NCBI GenBank assembly: GCA_937899365.1
Contig: CALBPH010000631.1
Span: 1-45,510 of the forward strand
DNA from: an uncultured Leptolyngbya sp.
GTDB taxonomy: Bacteria > Cyanobacteriota > Cyanobacteriia > Phormidesmidales > Phormidesmidaceae
Direction: 5' to 3'
DNA: 45,510 nucleotides
The notes under the pieces: generated by a model
Databases searched by the model: none
Seen by the model: the letters and a program-made list of their open reading frames with translations, nothing else
What the model was told of the DNA's origin: nothing
Made by a program: the position numbers and the translations under genes
Shown: in pieces, positions 1 through 9,514 of the stretch
Position numbering within the stretch: position 1 is the stretch's first letter
Layout of the letters: the number at the start of each line of letters is the position of its first letter

Positions 1-1014
1 GGACTCATTGTCGGATTTCCGCCGATTTGTGTCCTCATGCCCAACTTCAGGATGTGCTAGGTCTTCAGAGCAGCTCAGAGACAGCAGAGAAAATTCGTTG
101 TAACCCGTTGCGCGCATACCGCGCTCAATGGTGTCAACAACTTGCTCGGGGTCTACGTCACGGGCTGGGCGAGTCAACATACCGGGTTGGCAAAACCGAC
201 AGCCTCGGGTACAGCCGCGACGAATTTCTATGGTTAGACGGTCGTGAATGGTTTGCACATGGGGAACAAGCCCGATGGAATAGTCGGGGATTGGGGTGGC
301 TACCCGACGCAGAATTCGCTGGGGGACATCGTCTCGATTGGGGTGGACCGACCCATCGTCGGCCATGTCATAAAACTGTGGTACATAAACGCCAGGGACC
401 TGGGCCAGGTCAAGGAGAATCTCTTGGCGGGTCATGCCTGCGGTTTTTCCTTCCTCGAGCACTAACCCAATCTCTGGTAGAAGTTCTTCGCCGTCTCCCA
501 GGGCAATAAAGTCAAAAAAGTCGGCGTAGGGTTCGGGGTTGGATGTGGCGGTTTGACCCCCGGCAAAAATCATGGGCCAGCTAGATTCGTCCCACGGATC
601 TGTGCTGTTGCGTTCTTGCGAGGTGAGGGGAATGCCCGCCAGAGTTAGCATTTCTAGGATATTGGTGGCCCCTAGCTCATAGCTGAGGCTAAAGCCTAAA
701 ATATCAAAATCGATTAGGTGGCGACGTGACTCAACGGCAAACAATGGGGTGTCGCTTTCTGTCAGTTTTTTGGCCAAGTCTGGTCCAGGCAGATAGGCGC
801 GATCGCAAAGCTGTCTAGGCTGCTGATTTAGAATGCTGTAAAGAATAATGTGACCCAGATTAGACGCCCCCACCTCGTAAACTTCTGGGTAGGTCAGCAC
901 CCAACGAATCGCTGCCGATTCCCACGGCTTATGGACCGCTCCTAGCTCATTACCCAAATAGCGAGCAGGACGAGCAATATCTGGGGTAATCAGTTGGTCT
1001 ACAGCGATAGCCAC
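1..1014 (-). CDS. B12-binding radical SAM protein (TIGR03960-type), runs off the left end of the window
   Basis: Not in the ORF track. Manual translation from GTG at 1014 gives VAIAVDQLITPDIARPARYLGNELG...YPEVYEVGASNLG, then the CxxxCxxC motif (RGCTRGCRFCQPGM) and GYNEFSLLSLSCS. Confidence 0.9.
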   Translation of the reverse strand, partial: MAIAVDQLITPDIARPARYLGNELGAVHKPWESAAIRWVLTYPEVYEVGASNLGHIILYSILNQQPRQLCDRAYLPGPDLAKKLTESDTPLFAVESRRHLIDFDILGFSLSYELGATNILEMLTLAGIPLTSQERNSTDPWDESSWPMIFAGGQTATSNPEPYADFFDFIALGDGEELLPEIGLVLEEGKTAGMTRQEILLDLAQVPGVYVPQFYDMADDGSVHPNRDDVPQRILRRVATPIPDYSIGLVPHVQTIHDRLTIEIRRGCTRGCRFCQPGMLTRPARDVDPEQVVDTIERGMRATGYNEFSLLSLSCSEDLAHPEVGHEDTNRRKSDNES

Positions 1015-1112
1015 GGCAATGAAAAAGCAACTCAGACATAAACTATAGCTGATTCTCAGAGTCCGGGCTTTGCTCTTGATCTAGGCCAGCAGTTAGTAGT
1101 CTCAGCCTTTAA

Positions 1113-1153
1113 ACCTGAGCGGGGTCCACAATAATCGTGGACCCCGCTCAGGT
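1113..1153 (-). terminator. Perfect 17-bp hairpin, probable terminator of the STAS gene
   Basis: ACCTGAGCGGGGTCCAC-aataatc-GTGGACCCCGCTCAGGT, about 90 nt downstream of the STAS stop. Only a short T run follows. Confidence 0.6.
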
Positions 1154-1241
1154 ATTAGTGTGTCATTAATTTTTTAGAACTGCATTCATGCAGAAGTTTG
1201 CTGAATATTTAGGGAACCCTAGTGTCTGTAGGTACCAATAA

Positions 1242-1562
1242 CTAGGCAGCCTGCAACTCTTGCCGATCAACCATAGAGACGGCGCGATCTAGTTGAGCCA
1301 GTTCAAACACAATACGTACAGGGGGAGCAACATCCTGCAGACTTAACCGCTTACGATGACGCTTCGCGGTGTCGCAGCCAGCCAGTATGGCAACAAGTCC
1401 AGAGTTATCCACGCTATCTACAGCTGCCATGTCGATGGTTACCTCACTGGCATGGTCAGATTTGATGGCTGTTAACATTTCTGCTTTAAATGCATCAGCC
1501 GTTGCAGCGGTTAAAGCGCCTACAGGTCGCACAACCTTCACTGATGTTTCAACGCTATTCAT
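1242..1562 (-). CDS. STAS domain protein (anti-sigma factor antagonist)
   Basis: 106 aa with G.LTA..A..F, IDMAAVDSVDNSGL (phospho-acceptor region) and PVRIVFELAQLD. Confidence 0.9.
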   Translation of the reverse strand: MNSVETSVKVVRPVGALTAATADAFKAEMLTAIKSDHASEVTIDMAAVDSVDNSGLVAILAGCDTAKRHRKRLSLQDVAPPVRIVFELAQLDRAVSMVDRQELQAA

Positions 1563-1788
1563 ATTCTGTCTCCTATCAGTTTTGATTAGATTGAAAATAG
1601 GTGTCGGACTACGAGCTTTTCATATGTTCTCGAAGCTAACTGATGAATCCCAGCTTGCCCACGTGCCTGATGTCTATTTGTAGAATCTTGATGTCCGGAC
1701 CGATTGTTTGAAGTTTCCAGAAAGTCTTTCTCTTAAATGGTAACTATCGCTACACCCTTTGTGGGGATTTGGTTTGGCGGTGTTGTTT

Positions 1789-1804
1789 AGTGATACGGAT
1801 CACT
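1789..1804. promoter_or_regulatory. CRP-family binding site candidate
   Basis: AGTGAT-ACGG-ATCACT palindrome with a GTGA-N6-TCAC core, in the divergent region between STAS and the 64-aa gene. Confidence 0.5.
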
Positions 1805-1926
1805 GAGGTTGCCAACTCCAGAAGTTTCACTTGAGATAACACCAATGGGTAAAGACCATATTCCAGATCACGAAATGGTCCCCGGGATGTAAACACTGAC
1901 TCGAAAGCCTGCTAGGAGAAGACACC

Positions 1927-2121
1927 ATGCACTCATTTGCTATTCGCCATTTGGTTGAGAAAGCTCTTTATATAAAACAGCTAACTCCCGATATTGAAGA
2001 ACAGATCAATTCCGAACTGTCGCGCTTAGGCTACATTTCAGAAGTTGAGTATGAGGCCCTTGAGCCCCTCATGAGCGAAATGGAGGAGGGTCGTATAAAG
2101 CTAGTTCCCTCTATTCGCTAA
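1927..2121 (+). CDS. Small conserved cyanobacterial hypothetical protein (64 aa)
   Basis: AGGAG Shine-Dalgarno before the ATG. The pattern IR.LVE.AL...LT...E..I......AL..L...G.I resembles a widespread cyanobacterial small-protein family. Confidence 0.8.
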   Translation: MHSFAIRHLVEKALYIKQLTPDIEEQINSELSRLGYISEVEYEALEPLMSEMEEGRIKLVPSIR

Positions 2122-2188
2122 TTTAGCTAGTAAAAGAATTGCCAATATGGCCCGATCTGACACTAGTCTGATCAATTATTTTTAACTT

Positions 2189-2620
2189 TTATCGGATTGA
2201 AACTAACTTTGTGGATGCTTGAGGTTCATCATCCTCGGAGTTGTTCTTATTCCAACAAGTATGTAGAAAATGTTGAAAGTGCTGCTTTGCGATGTCTTCT
2301 GGTCCACTATCGTCTGCAATACGTAGGTGAAATAGCAAAGCAAAAAAGTCTGTATCAAAGGCCATTTTGAAACTATCAATTGGCCAGACCAGGTCGGGAG
2401 CGGTTTTAAGATCGTATAGATCCAGGTCACAAGCCTCAGGATCGGTTGCTGCTGCTGCAATCATCATTTGCTGCTGTTTCGAGCCGTAGGGTAGATGACA
2501 CACCAACATCAGGGGCCGACACCAAAGGCGTACTGCTCCAGCTGGTTGGATCGCTTCAACGTAAAGACGCTGATCTAAACATTCGAGATAAACAATTTGC
2601 CCAGGGTTTATGGTAGCCAT
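2189..2620 (-). CDS. Conserved cyanobacterial hypothetical protein
   Basis: GQIVYLE...RLYVEAIQ...W.RPLML...DL..APDLVWP pattern; 143-aa ORF. Confidence 0.75.
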   Translation of the reverse strand: MATINPGQIVYLECLDQRLYVEAIQPAGAVRLWCRPLMLVCHLPYGSKQQQMMIAAAATDPEACDLDLYDLKTAPDLVWPIDSFKMAFDTDFFALLFHLRIADDSGPEDIAKQHFQHFLHTCWNKNNSEDDEPQASTKLVSIR

Positions 2621-3027
2621 TTTGAAAGATTAAATTTCCACTCAAATTAATTGAATTGAAGATACACGCGTAATCATGGGTGGGCTTACGGTCTCAAACC
2701 ATGACTCCACAAGGGAAAAGCGGCAATATGGCTGCTTTTGTTACGGTTTGAGTAGTAAAAGTTCAATTTTTGTTAAATTAGCTAATAAATTACCACTAAG
2801 CTTGTTTCGAAACGTTTACTTTAGGTTACTTATTTATGAATCTGTCTGCTTGCCCTAATTGGCTATGATGTCCAAGCCCTTGCCCGATATTCGTTTAAGG
2901 GCCTGAGCTCTCTTTTTTAGATAAGTTCTGGTTAAAATTAAAAACGGTGTGTGTGGCTGACGTCCCATGGTCCATTGAGACGTCTGTCTAGAGCAAACAT
3001 TTCTAGATTCAATGAGTAATTAAGGTC

Positions 3028-3318
3028 ATGGTGTCTACCGGAACAATCGAAAAAACAGTTAAGTCCAGTAAGCGGCAGCATGCTCCCCGCTATCGGGTGC
3101 TACTGCATAACGATGACTTCAACTCAATGGAATATGTCGTGGAGTCTCTGGTTAAGACCGTACCCAGTCTGTCTGTACCGCAGGCCGTCGATATTATGAT
3201 GCAGGCCCACAACGCTGGAGTGGGCTTGGTGATCGTATGCGAATTAGAGCATGCTGAGTTCTATAGTGAAATGCTGTGCTCCAAAGGCCTTTCTAGCACC
3301 ATTGAGCCTGATGAATAG
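3028..3318 (+). CDS. clpS: ATP-dependent Clp protease adaptor ClpS
   Basis: PRYRVLLHNDDFNSMEYVV...MMQAH..G...V..C..EHAEFY. Confidence 0.96.
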   Translation: MVSTGTIEKTVKSSKRQHAPRYRVLLHNDDFNSMEYVVESLVKTVPSLSVPQAVDIMMQAHNAGVGLVIVCELEHAEFYSEMLCSKGLSSTIEPDE

Positions 3319-3330
3319 CACACAGCAAGC

Positions 3331-4227
3331 GTGTCTTTGGGGGGCCTCCCTCAAAGAGCTTGGGTTTGCTTACCCATAATGTGGTGGTTCAAGGTTTATC
3401 AACGCGCTGCTAAGGGGCGAGTCCTCTGGCGCGTCTTTATATTCTTTGTTGTGCTATTGGTGCTGTGGTCTCCCTTTGCTCTGGCAACCTATGGTCTGGG
3501 GTATTTGTTAGGGCAGCCCCAGCTTGCTAGTACCCTGTCGCTGATAGCGCTGTATGTTTGCTTTATTGGTCATGCATGGTTTTGGGGGCGTAGGGGCCAT
3601 GGTTGGCAGCGCCCGCTTTTATCCTATGGTCTATGCTTTGTCCGTCGCTTTTGGGGCGATGTCATCGTTGCGCTGTTTTGTGGCATTGGCCTAGTATCTG
3701 TTCTGTTTGGAGCAGAAGTGCTTTTGGGGTGGGCTAGCTTACATCCTAGGCCGCTGCTGGGGATTGCCCTAGATGGGTTGGCGGTTGGTATTGGTATTGG
3801 CCTAGCTGAAGAGCTATTATTCCGCGGCTGGCTTTTGACGGAATTGCGGACGAGTTTGTCCCGTCGCAGTGCTATTTTTTGGAGCAGCCTTGTTTTTGCA
3901 TCAGCCCATTTTATAAAGCCGCTGTCAGAGGTATTACAGACATCGCCGCAGTTTTTAGGTCTGTTCTTGCTCGGGATTATTTTGGCGTCTGGGCGTTATG
4001 TCAGTCGGCTAGAACGTCCGTTTAGTAGTTTGGGGCTACCCTTGGGCTTGCATGCAGGGTTGGTATGGGGCTATTACATTGTCGATGTGGCAGATTTGGT
4101 GGTGCCTTCAGGGCGTGTGCCCGAGTGGGTGACCGGCATTCATGGCAATCCTTTATCTGGAGCTTTAGGGGTGACAATTTTGGGCTGCTTAGCGATGTGG
4201 TCTTGCTCTAAACTGCGCTCAGAATAG
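3331..4227 (+). CDS. CPBP (Abi/CAAX-like) intramembrane glutamic endopeptidase
   Basis: Hydrophobic protein with EELLFRG, FASAH and GLHAG motifs. Start uncertain. Confidence 0.88.
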   Translation: MSLGGLPQRAWVCLPIMWWFKVYQRAAKGRVLWRVFIFFVVLLVLWSPFALATYGLGYLLGQPQLASTLSLIALYVCFIGHAWFWGRRGHGWQRPLLSYGLCFVRRFWGDVIVALFCGIGLVSVLFGAEVLLGWASLHPRPLLGIALDGLAVGIGIGLAEELLFRGWLLTELRTSLSRRSAIFWSSLVFASAHFIKPLSEVLQTSPQFLGLFLLGIILASGRYVSRLERPFSSLGLPLGLHAGLVWGYYIVDVADLVVPSGRVPEWVTGIHGNPLSGALGVTILGCLAMWSCSKLRSE

Positions 4228-5134
4228 AGGCTAGCAGTGCTTTTTGAGCATGGAGACGGTTTTCAGCCTGGTCCCATAGACGGGACTGGGGGCCTTCCTT
4301 GGCATCGTGGGTAATTTCTTCGCCGCGATGGGCTGGTAGACAGTGGAGAATGATGGCGTGCTCGTCTGCTAAGTCCAGCATCGCCTGGTTAATTTGGTAT
4401 GGCTGAAATTTAGGGATTCTGGATGCCGCTTCGGATTCATCACCCATGCTGGCCCAAACATCCGTGTAGAGAGCGTGGCTACCTTGAACGGCGGCTTTGG
4501 GGTCCGTGGTGACTACCACAGTGCTGCGTCCCTGCGCTAATTCGATTGCTTGATTGACGACGGTTGGATTGGGCGCAAATCCATCAGGGGTCCCGACTCT
4601 AATATTGACTCCTGCTAGGGCACAGCCCAACATTAGGGAATGTGCAACATTGATGCCATCTCCTAGGTAGGACATGGTCAAATTTTCTAAGGTACCAAAG
4701 GCTTCTTTGAGGGTCAGTAAATCTGCCAAGATTTGACAGGGATGCTCTAAATCGGTGAGGGCATTGATGACTGGAATCGATGCATAGCGAGCAAATTCTT
4801 CGATTTCGGCCTGCTCAAAGGTGCGGATAGCGACCACATCCACGTAGCGATCTAGGACCCGAGCTGTGTCTGCCGTAGGTTCTCCTCGCCCTACTTGGGT
4901 GACACCGGCGGTGAGAGCTAGGACTTGCCCACCCAGTTGGTACATGGCAACTGAAAAACTGACGCGGGTGCGAGTTGACGCTTTGGAAAAGACTAAACCC
5001 AGCACTTTATTGGGGCATTTTGGCTGATATGTTCCAGCTTTTAGTTGTGCAGCTAGCTCCAGAAGTCCGTGTAACTCTGTACTGGTCAAATCTGCCATGC
5101 TAAGCAGATCTCGTCCCTTCGGTGGAGTCAACAA
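4208..5134 (-). CDS. argF: Ornithine carbamoyltransferase
   Basis: STRTRVSF, HPCQ, YTDVWASMG, HCLP and AENRLH motifs. Confidence 0.96.
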   Translation of the reverse strand: MLTPPKGRDLLSMADLTSTELHGLLELAAQLKAGTYQPKCPNKVLGLVFSKASTRTRVSFSVAMYQLGGQVLALTAGVTQVGRGEPTADTARVLDRYVDVVAIRTFEQAEIEEFARYASIPVINALTDLEHPCQILADLLTLKEAFGTLENLTMSYLGDGINVAHSLMLGCALAGVNIRVGTPDGFAPNPTVVNQAIELAQGRSTVVVTTDPKAAVQGSHALYTDVWASMGDESEAASRIPKFQPYQINQAMLDLADEHAIILHCLPAHRGEEITHDAKEGPQSRLWDQAENRLHAQKALLASILSAV

Positions 5135-5176
5135 GATACTACTATTTAGCCTTGATAAGGGCTACTGATGTTTTAG

Positions 5177-5830
5177 ATGGATGTAATCAGTGAGGTTGGG
5201 GATTGGTACATGGGAATGTATTCACGGTTGATTTTTCCGCGCTTGTTAGAGCTTTCGATGTCAGGGCAAGAGTTAAGCCGTTATCGTCAGGCCTTGCTGG
5301 CGTCTGTTCGTGGAGAAGTACTAGAAATTGGGTTTGGGACAGGGTTAAATATGCCGTACTACGGGGATGGTGTCACGGCCCTGACGGCAATTGATCCAAA
5401 TGAGGGGATGGCTGCGATCGCAACACCGCGTATTCAAGCTTCAATGGTCAACGTTAATTTGCAAACGGCTAATGCAGAATCCTTACCGATGCCGGCTGAA
5501 CGTTTTGATGCGGTGGTTTGCACCTGGACCCTGTGTAGTATTCCCCATATCGAGCAGGCGCTGGCGGAAGTCTATCGGGTGCTAAAGCCAGGCGGCCAAT
5601 TTTTCTTTATTGAACACGGGTTAAGTCCAGATCGTAGCGTCGGTTCGTGGCAGCGTCGGGTAACGCCTGTACAGCGACGGATTGCTGATGGCTGTCATCT
5701 GGATCGCCCCATGGCTAACCTGATCAAAGATGTTTTTCCGCAAGTTGAGTTGCGGGAGTTTTATGCCACGAGTCTGCCTAAGCTCATTGGCTATTTTTAT
5801 CAGGGGGTAGCCACTAAATCTCCCCTTTAA
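5177..5830 (+). CDS. Class I SAM-dependent methyltransferase
   Basis: VLEIGFGTG motif I, FDAVVCTWTLCS, RVLKPGG. True start may be the downstream MGMYSR. Confidence 0.9.
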   Translation: MDVISEVGDWYMGMYSRLIFPRLLELSMSGQELSRYRQALLASVRGEVLEIGFGTGLNMPYYGDGVTALTAIDPNEGMAAIATPRIQASMVNVNLQTANAESLPMPAERFDAVVCTWTLCSIPHIEQALAEVYRVLKPGGQFFFIEHGLSPDRSVGSWQRRVTPVQRRIADGCHLDRPMANLIKDVFPQVELREFYATSLPKLIGYFYQGVATKSPL

Positions 5831-6143
5831 AGATTTGGGCGGTTGCGATCGCAATTCGTTCAATATCAGCATCTAGTAGCGGCGGCCACTCTATATTTTC
5901 CCGTTTTCCCCGCTCATAGGCCTGGCGGCTTTCATAGGCCAGTTGATGCAGCGCATAGACCAAGGTGCGGTCAAGATGCTCCACAGCTTTGTGCGCGTCT
6001 TTCATCACCTTGCAGGCGAGCTACAGTGAGGTTACCTGTCCAGGCACGGGTGGTTGCTGCTGCATGAGACGTGCCAAAAATGAATCGGTAGCAGTCAAAT
6101 CTGCTTGGGCTACGATCACATGCTGGGCTGTTTTAGCGTCCAT
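5814..6143 (-). CDS. Conserved cyanobacterial hypothetical protein interrupted by an in-frame TAG at 6021-6023
   Basis: Frame from ATG 6143 reads MDAKTAQH...FLARLMQQQPPVPGQVTSL*LACKV...LAYESRQ...WPPLLDADI. The ORF track shows only the second half. Confidence 0.75.
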
Positions 6144-6531
6144 AGTGTGGGGAAAATAAGAAGGTTGCCCAGTATTATTCCAGTACTGATGCGGGTTCCG
6201 CTCACCATAGTGTTAGAAAGGGGCCGCGTCAATTCTCAAGCAGAGACAAAGCTTTTCAAGAAGCTTCATAGAGACTTTACAGTTTGGGGATATCCAAGTT
6301 TTAAATCTTCAAGAGACACTAATAAGCAAGCATAGAAATATGTGAGCGAAGACCTTAGGCGCACAGCTCTAGTACTTTACACAACCTGATTAGCCTGCCA
6401 TTTTCCAGGAGCGCCCATGAATCATTGGCGTTGCCCAGGGAACCTTTTAGTAGATGACGACTCTGCAAATTCCATAACCGTTATTCACCGTTGTGGGCCA
6501 AGCAGCAACGTTTCAGTAGATATTTGACACC

Positions 6532-7689
6532 ATGGCTAATCCCAGATTTGTTCCGTTTGTTGACCTATCTAAGCAGCATGAACCGCTACGTGCAGAGTTG
6601 ATGGCGGCGATGACGGCTGTGGCGGACCGGGGTGACTATATCTTGGGCAATTCCGTGGTGCAGTTTGAACAAGCGTTCGCTGCTGTCTGTGGTGCACCGC
6701 TTGGCGTGGGAGTGGGCTCTGGTACCGATGCGCTCACTTTAGGGCTGCGTGCCTGTGGCATTGGCCCTGGAGACCAGGTGATTTTGCCAGTTAATACCTT
6801 TGTTGCCACCCTCATTGGAGTGCTACAGGCTGGAGCCACTCCCATTTTTGTTGACTGTGACCTGGAAACGGGGTTGATGGATGTCGCCGCTGCGGAACGG
6901 GCCATTACCCGTCGAACCCGGGCGGTGATTCCTGTGCATCTTTATGGGCAGATGGTTTCGCCCGCTGCCCTACGGGCTCTCTCAGAAACTTACGGTGTCA
7001 CAATATTTGAAGATGCTGCCCAGGCCCACGGAGCTGAGCGGGAAGGCGTCAAAGCAGGGAGTGTGGGGCTAGCGGCTGCTTTTAGCTTTTACCCAAGTAA
7101 AAACCTGGGGGCCATGGGTGATGGCGGCATGGTGCTCACTCAGCAAGATTTGGTGGCCCAAACGGTTAGATCGCTGCGTAATTATGGGTCAACTCGTAAG
7201 TATTACCATACCGACCCCGGCGGGACTAATAGCCGTCTCGATACATTGCAGGCCGCTATATTGGCGATTAAGTTAGGGCGTCTGTCGGCTTGGAATTGCG
7301 ATCGCAACCGGTTAGCCAAACTCTATGATCATGCTCTGCAACCCCTGGCTGCCCATGGTCTAATACCCATGACTAACCTCAGCGGCAGCGGTCACGTGTA
7401 CCATCTCTACGTCATTCGTCTAACCAGAGACTGTCCCATTGATCGCACACGTTTGCAGCAAGAACTCGCTGCCGCAGATATTCAGTCTGGCATTCACTAT
7501 CCCGTTCCCTGCCACCTACAACCAGCTTTTCATCACCTTGGCTATCAGCCTGGCGATTTCCCCATTGCCGAGCAGCTGAGTCAAGAAATTCTCTCGTTGC
7601 CGATGTATCCCGGCATGACGGATGACCAACTAGAGTATGTAGTAAAGACCGTTATGGGGTTGGTTCAAGCCTGTCCAGTATTGACCTAG
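6532..7689 (+). CDS. DegT/DnrJ/EryC1/StrS PLP-dependent nucleotide-sugar aminotransferase
   Basis: SGTDAL, PVHLYGQ, EDAAQAHGA, SFYPSKNLGAMGDGG (PLP lysine) and NSRLD. Confidence 0.95.
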   Translation: MANPRFVPFVDLSKQHEPLRAELMAAMTAVADRGDYILGNSVVQFEQAFAAVCGAPLGVGVGSGTDALTLGLRACGIGPGDQVILPVNTFVATLIGVLQAGATPIFVDCDLETGLMDVAAAERAITRRTRAVIPVHLYGQMVSPAALRALSETYGVTIFEDAAQAHGAEREGVKAGSVGLAAAFSFYPSKNLGAMGDGGMVLTQQDLVAQTVRSLRNYGSTRKYYHTDPGGTNSRLDTLQAAILAIKLGRLSAWNCDRNRLAKLYDHALQPLAAHGLIPMTNLSGSGHVYHLYVIRLTRDCPIDRTRLQQELAAADIQSGIHYPVPCHLQPAFHHLGYQPGDFPIAEQLSQEILSLPMYPGMTDDQLEYVVKTVMGLVQACPVLT

Positions 7690-7702
7690 CAATGTATTCA
7701 TC

Positions 7703-8629
7703 ATGATTAGCGTTCCCCAATCCAAATCTCCACGATGGTCCATTGAGCTGGCAGTGATTAGCTGTGTCGTTATTCTCTATGGTCCCCTGCTGTATCACTG
7801 GGTTTGGGATGGCTGGATTAACAAGGGTATTAGTATTCAGCACGAATATTTTAGCCACGGTATTTTAGGAATTCCCCTGGCCATCAAATTAGTATGGGAC
7901 AAACGACAAGTCTGGCACCGATTGGGTGATAGCTGTCATTGGTCTGGTATTGCTTGTTTGCTAGTAGCATTTGTTTTCTATACCAGTGGAGTGATGGATG
8001 CGATTAATCTATCGCTCCCCCTTCTGCTGACAGGTCTGTTGCTATGCCTAAAAGGACCAGCAGGACTCAGGCTGATGCTTTTTCCCCTGGTGTTGCTGAT
8101 CTTTTCCACCCCCACTCAGCTGCCATACCTCATTGAGCCTCATATACTACCCCTGCAGCTGTTTATTGCCACCGTTGGAGGTACGATTTTGCATGGATTT
8201 GGCTATGACGTTGAGGTCAATCAATTTTATTTGAGCATGAATGGTCAACTGGTGGAAGTTGCCCCCCATTGTGCAGGGTTAAAAATGCTGTTTACCAGCC
8301 TGTATATGGGGTTAGTGATTACCTACTGGACGGGCATATACAACTCAAGATTGCGCACAGGCATATTTTTCGTGGGCATCATCTTAGTCAGTGTCATTGG
8401 CAATATTCTACGCAATACGATTTTGACCTTCTTCCATGGCCATAGCATGTCAGAGGCTTTCCATTGGCTGCATGAAAGTTGGGGCGGCGATGTCTATTCT
8501 GCGGTGATGTTAGGGTCTTTGATCTTGATAGTTAACGCTATTCAAAGTCACGTACCTGTCAGTTTTGCCACTGCCACTGTTGCGCAAAAAGATGGCAATC
8601 AGCCCACCGTGTCTCCCATTGATTTTTGA
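7703..8629 (+). CDS. Cyanoexosortase B (exosortase-family transpeptidase)
   Basis: Multi-TM protein with HEYFSHG, catalytic Cys in VAPHCAG, Arg in NILRN and His in WLHESWGGD, in an EPS operon context. Confidence 0.88.
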   Translation: MISVPQSKSPRWSIELAVISCVVILYGPLLYHWVWDGWINKGISIQHEYFSHGILGIPLAIKLVWDKRQVWHRLGDSCHWSGIACLLVAFVFYTSGVMDAINLSLPLLLTGLLLCLKGPAGLRLMLFPLVLLIFSTPTQLPYLIEPHILPLQLFIATVGGTILHGFGYDVEVNQFYLSMNGQLVEVAPHCAGLKMLFTSLYMGLVITYWTGIYNSRLRTGIFFVGIILVSVIGNILRNTILTFFHGHSMSEAFHWLHESWGGDVYSAVMLGSLILIVNAIQSHVPVSFATATVAQKDGNQPTVSPIDF

Positions 8630-8673
8630 AGTCACTATTCCGACGTAGCGCCTAACCATATCGCTTTGAGAAA

Positions 8674-9369
8674 ATGGCTTTGTCCTTTAATTCTTCAGAC
8701 TCCAAATCTAGATCTTGGCTGAGGTGGCTAATCGTTGCTTTGCTGGCGGTCATGATTACGGCTGTTGCAATACCCCAATACTTTTTCGGTCAGTTACCTT
8801 GGCAGTCACCGCCTGGAGTGGCCCAAATCAAAACTATCCGCACCCTGAAAGACACTGGCTTAGTCCTAGATGGGTGGTCCGAAGAGTTGCAGCAGAAAAT
8901 ATCCATTGGCGGCGATCAGTGGTCAGTCCAGCAATTGACCCATGCCAATGGGGCTGCCCCAGAGCAGATGATAATCTTCCTAAAACCACAGGGACAGTCG
9001 AAAGACCAGCCTGAGGTTGAATGGATCGACCTACAAGGAGCTCAGAAATGGCAGACCTCGCACCAGCGCCGTTTGCGTGAGGGTGACCTAAGTATCGATA
9101 CGTTCCGTGCTTGGACGTCTAATCAGACCTTTGCTGTGGCGCAATGGTACGCATTGCCCCAAGGGGGGCATCCGGCTCCCCATCATTGGTTCTGGCGAGA
9201 TCAAACCTATCAATGGACACGAGGTGAACGCCTGCCTTGGGTTGCTGTTGCGATATTACTGCCAATGCCACCTCTAGGGGATATATCGCCCGTTTACCCT
9301 GACCTAAAGCGTTTGAGTCAGTTGGTTCAATCATCTCTGGCCAAGGCTGCCTTTGAGCCAGAGTCATGA
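8674..9369 (+). CDS. Cyanoexosortase B system-associated protein (EpsI-like)
   Basis: N-terminal TM, QPEVEWID, AVAQWYA..GG.P.P..WFW.DQ and PWVAV; directly follows the exosortase. Confidence 0.82.
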   Translation: MALSFNSSDSKSRSWLRWLIVALLAVMITAVAIPQYFFGQLPWQSPPGVAQIKTIRTLKDTGLVLDGWSEELQQKISIGGDQWSVQQLTHANGAAPEQMIIFLKPQGQSKDQPEVEWIDLQGAQKWQTSHQRRLREGDLSIDTFRAWTSNQTFAVAQWYALPQGGHPAPHHWFWRDQTYQWTRGERLPWVAVAILLPMPPLGDISPVYPDLKRLSQLVQSSLAKAAFEPES

Positions 9370-9514
9370 AAACTGGCGTTGTTCGTAACCTCAACCAGCT
9401 CCTAGGCACATGGCGGTGCAAAAGATCGGCTAAAGTAGCTACATTGAAAAAAATATAGTTTTCATACAAGCTCACGCTATTTCACATAAATCCTATTAAT
9501 TTTTTTGAATTGCG

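Noticed and set aside
27-509. Plus-strand ORFs 27..509 and 244..465
   Set aside because: Antisense shadows of the radical SAM gene, which has clear motifs on the minus strand.
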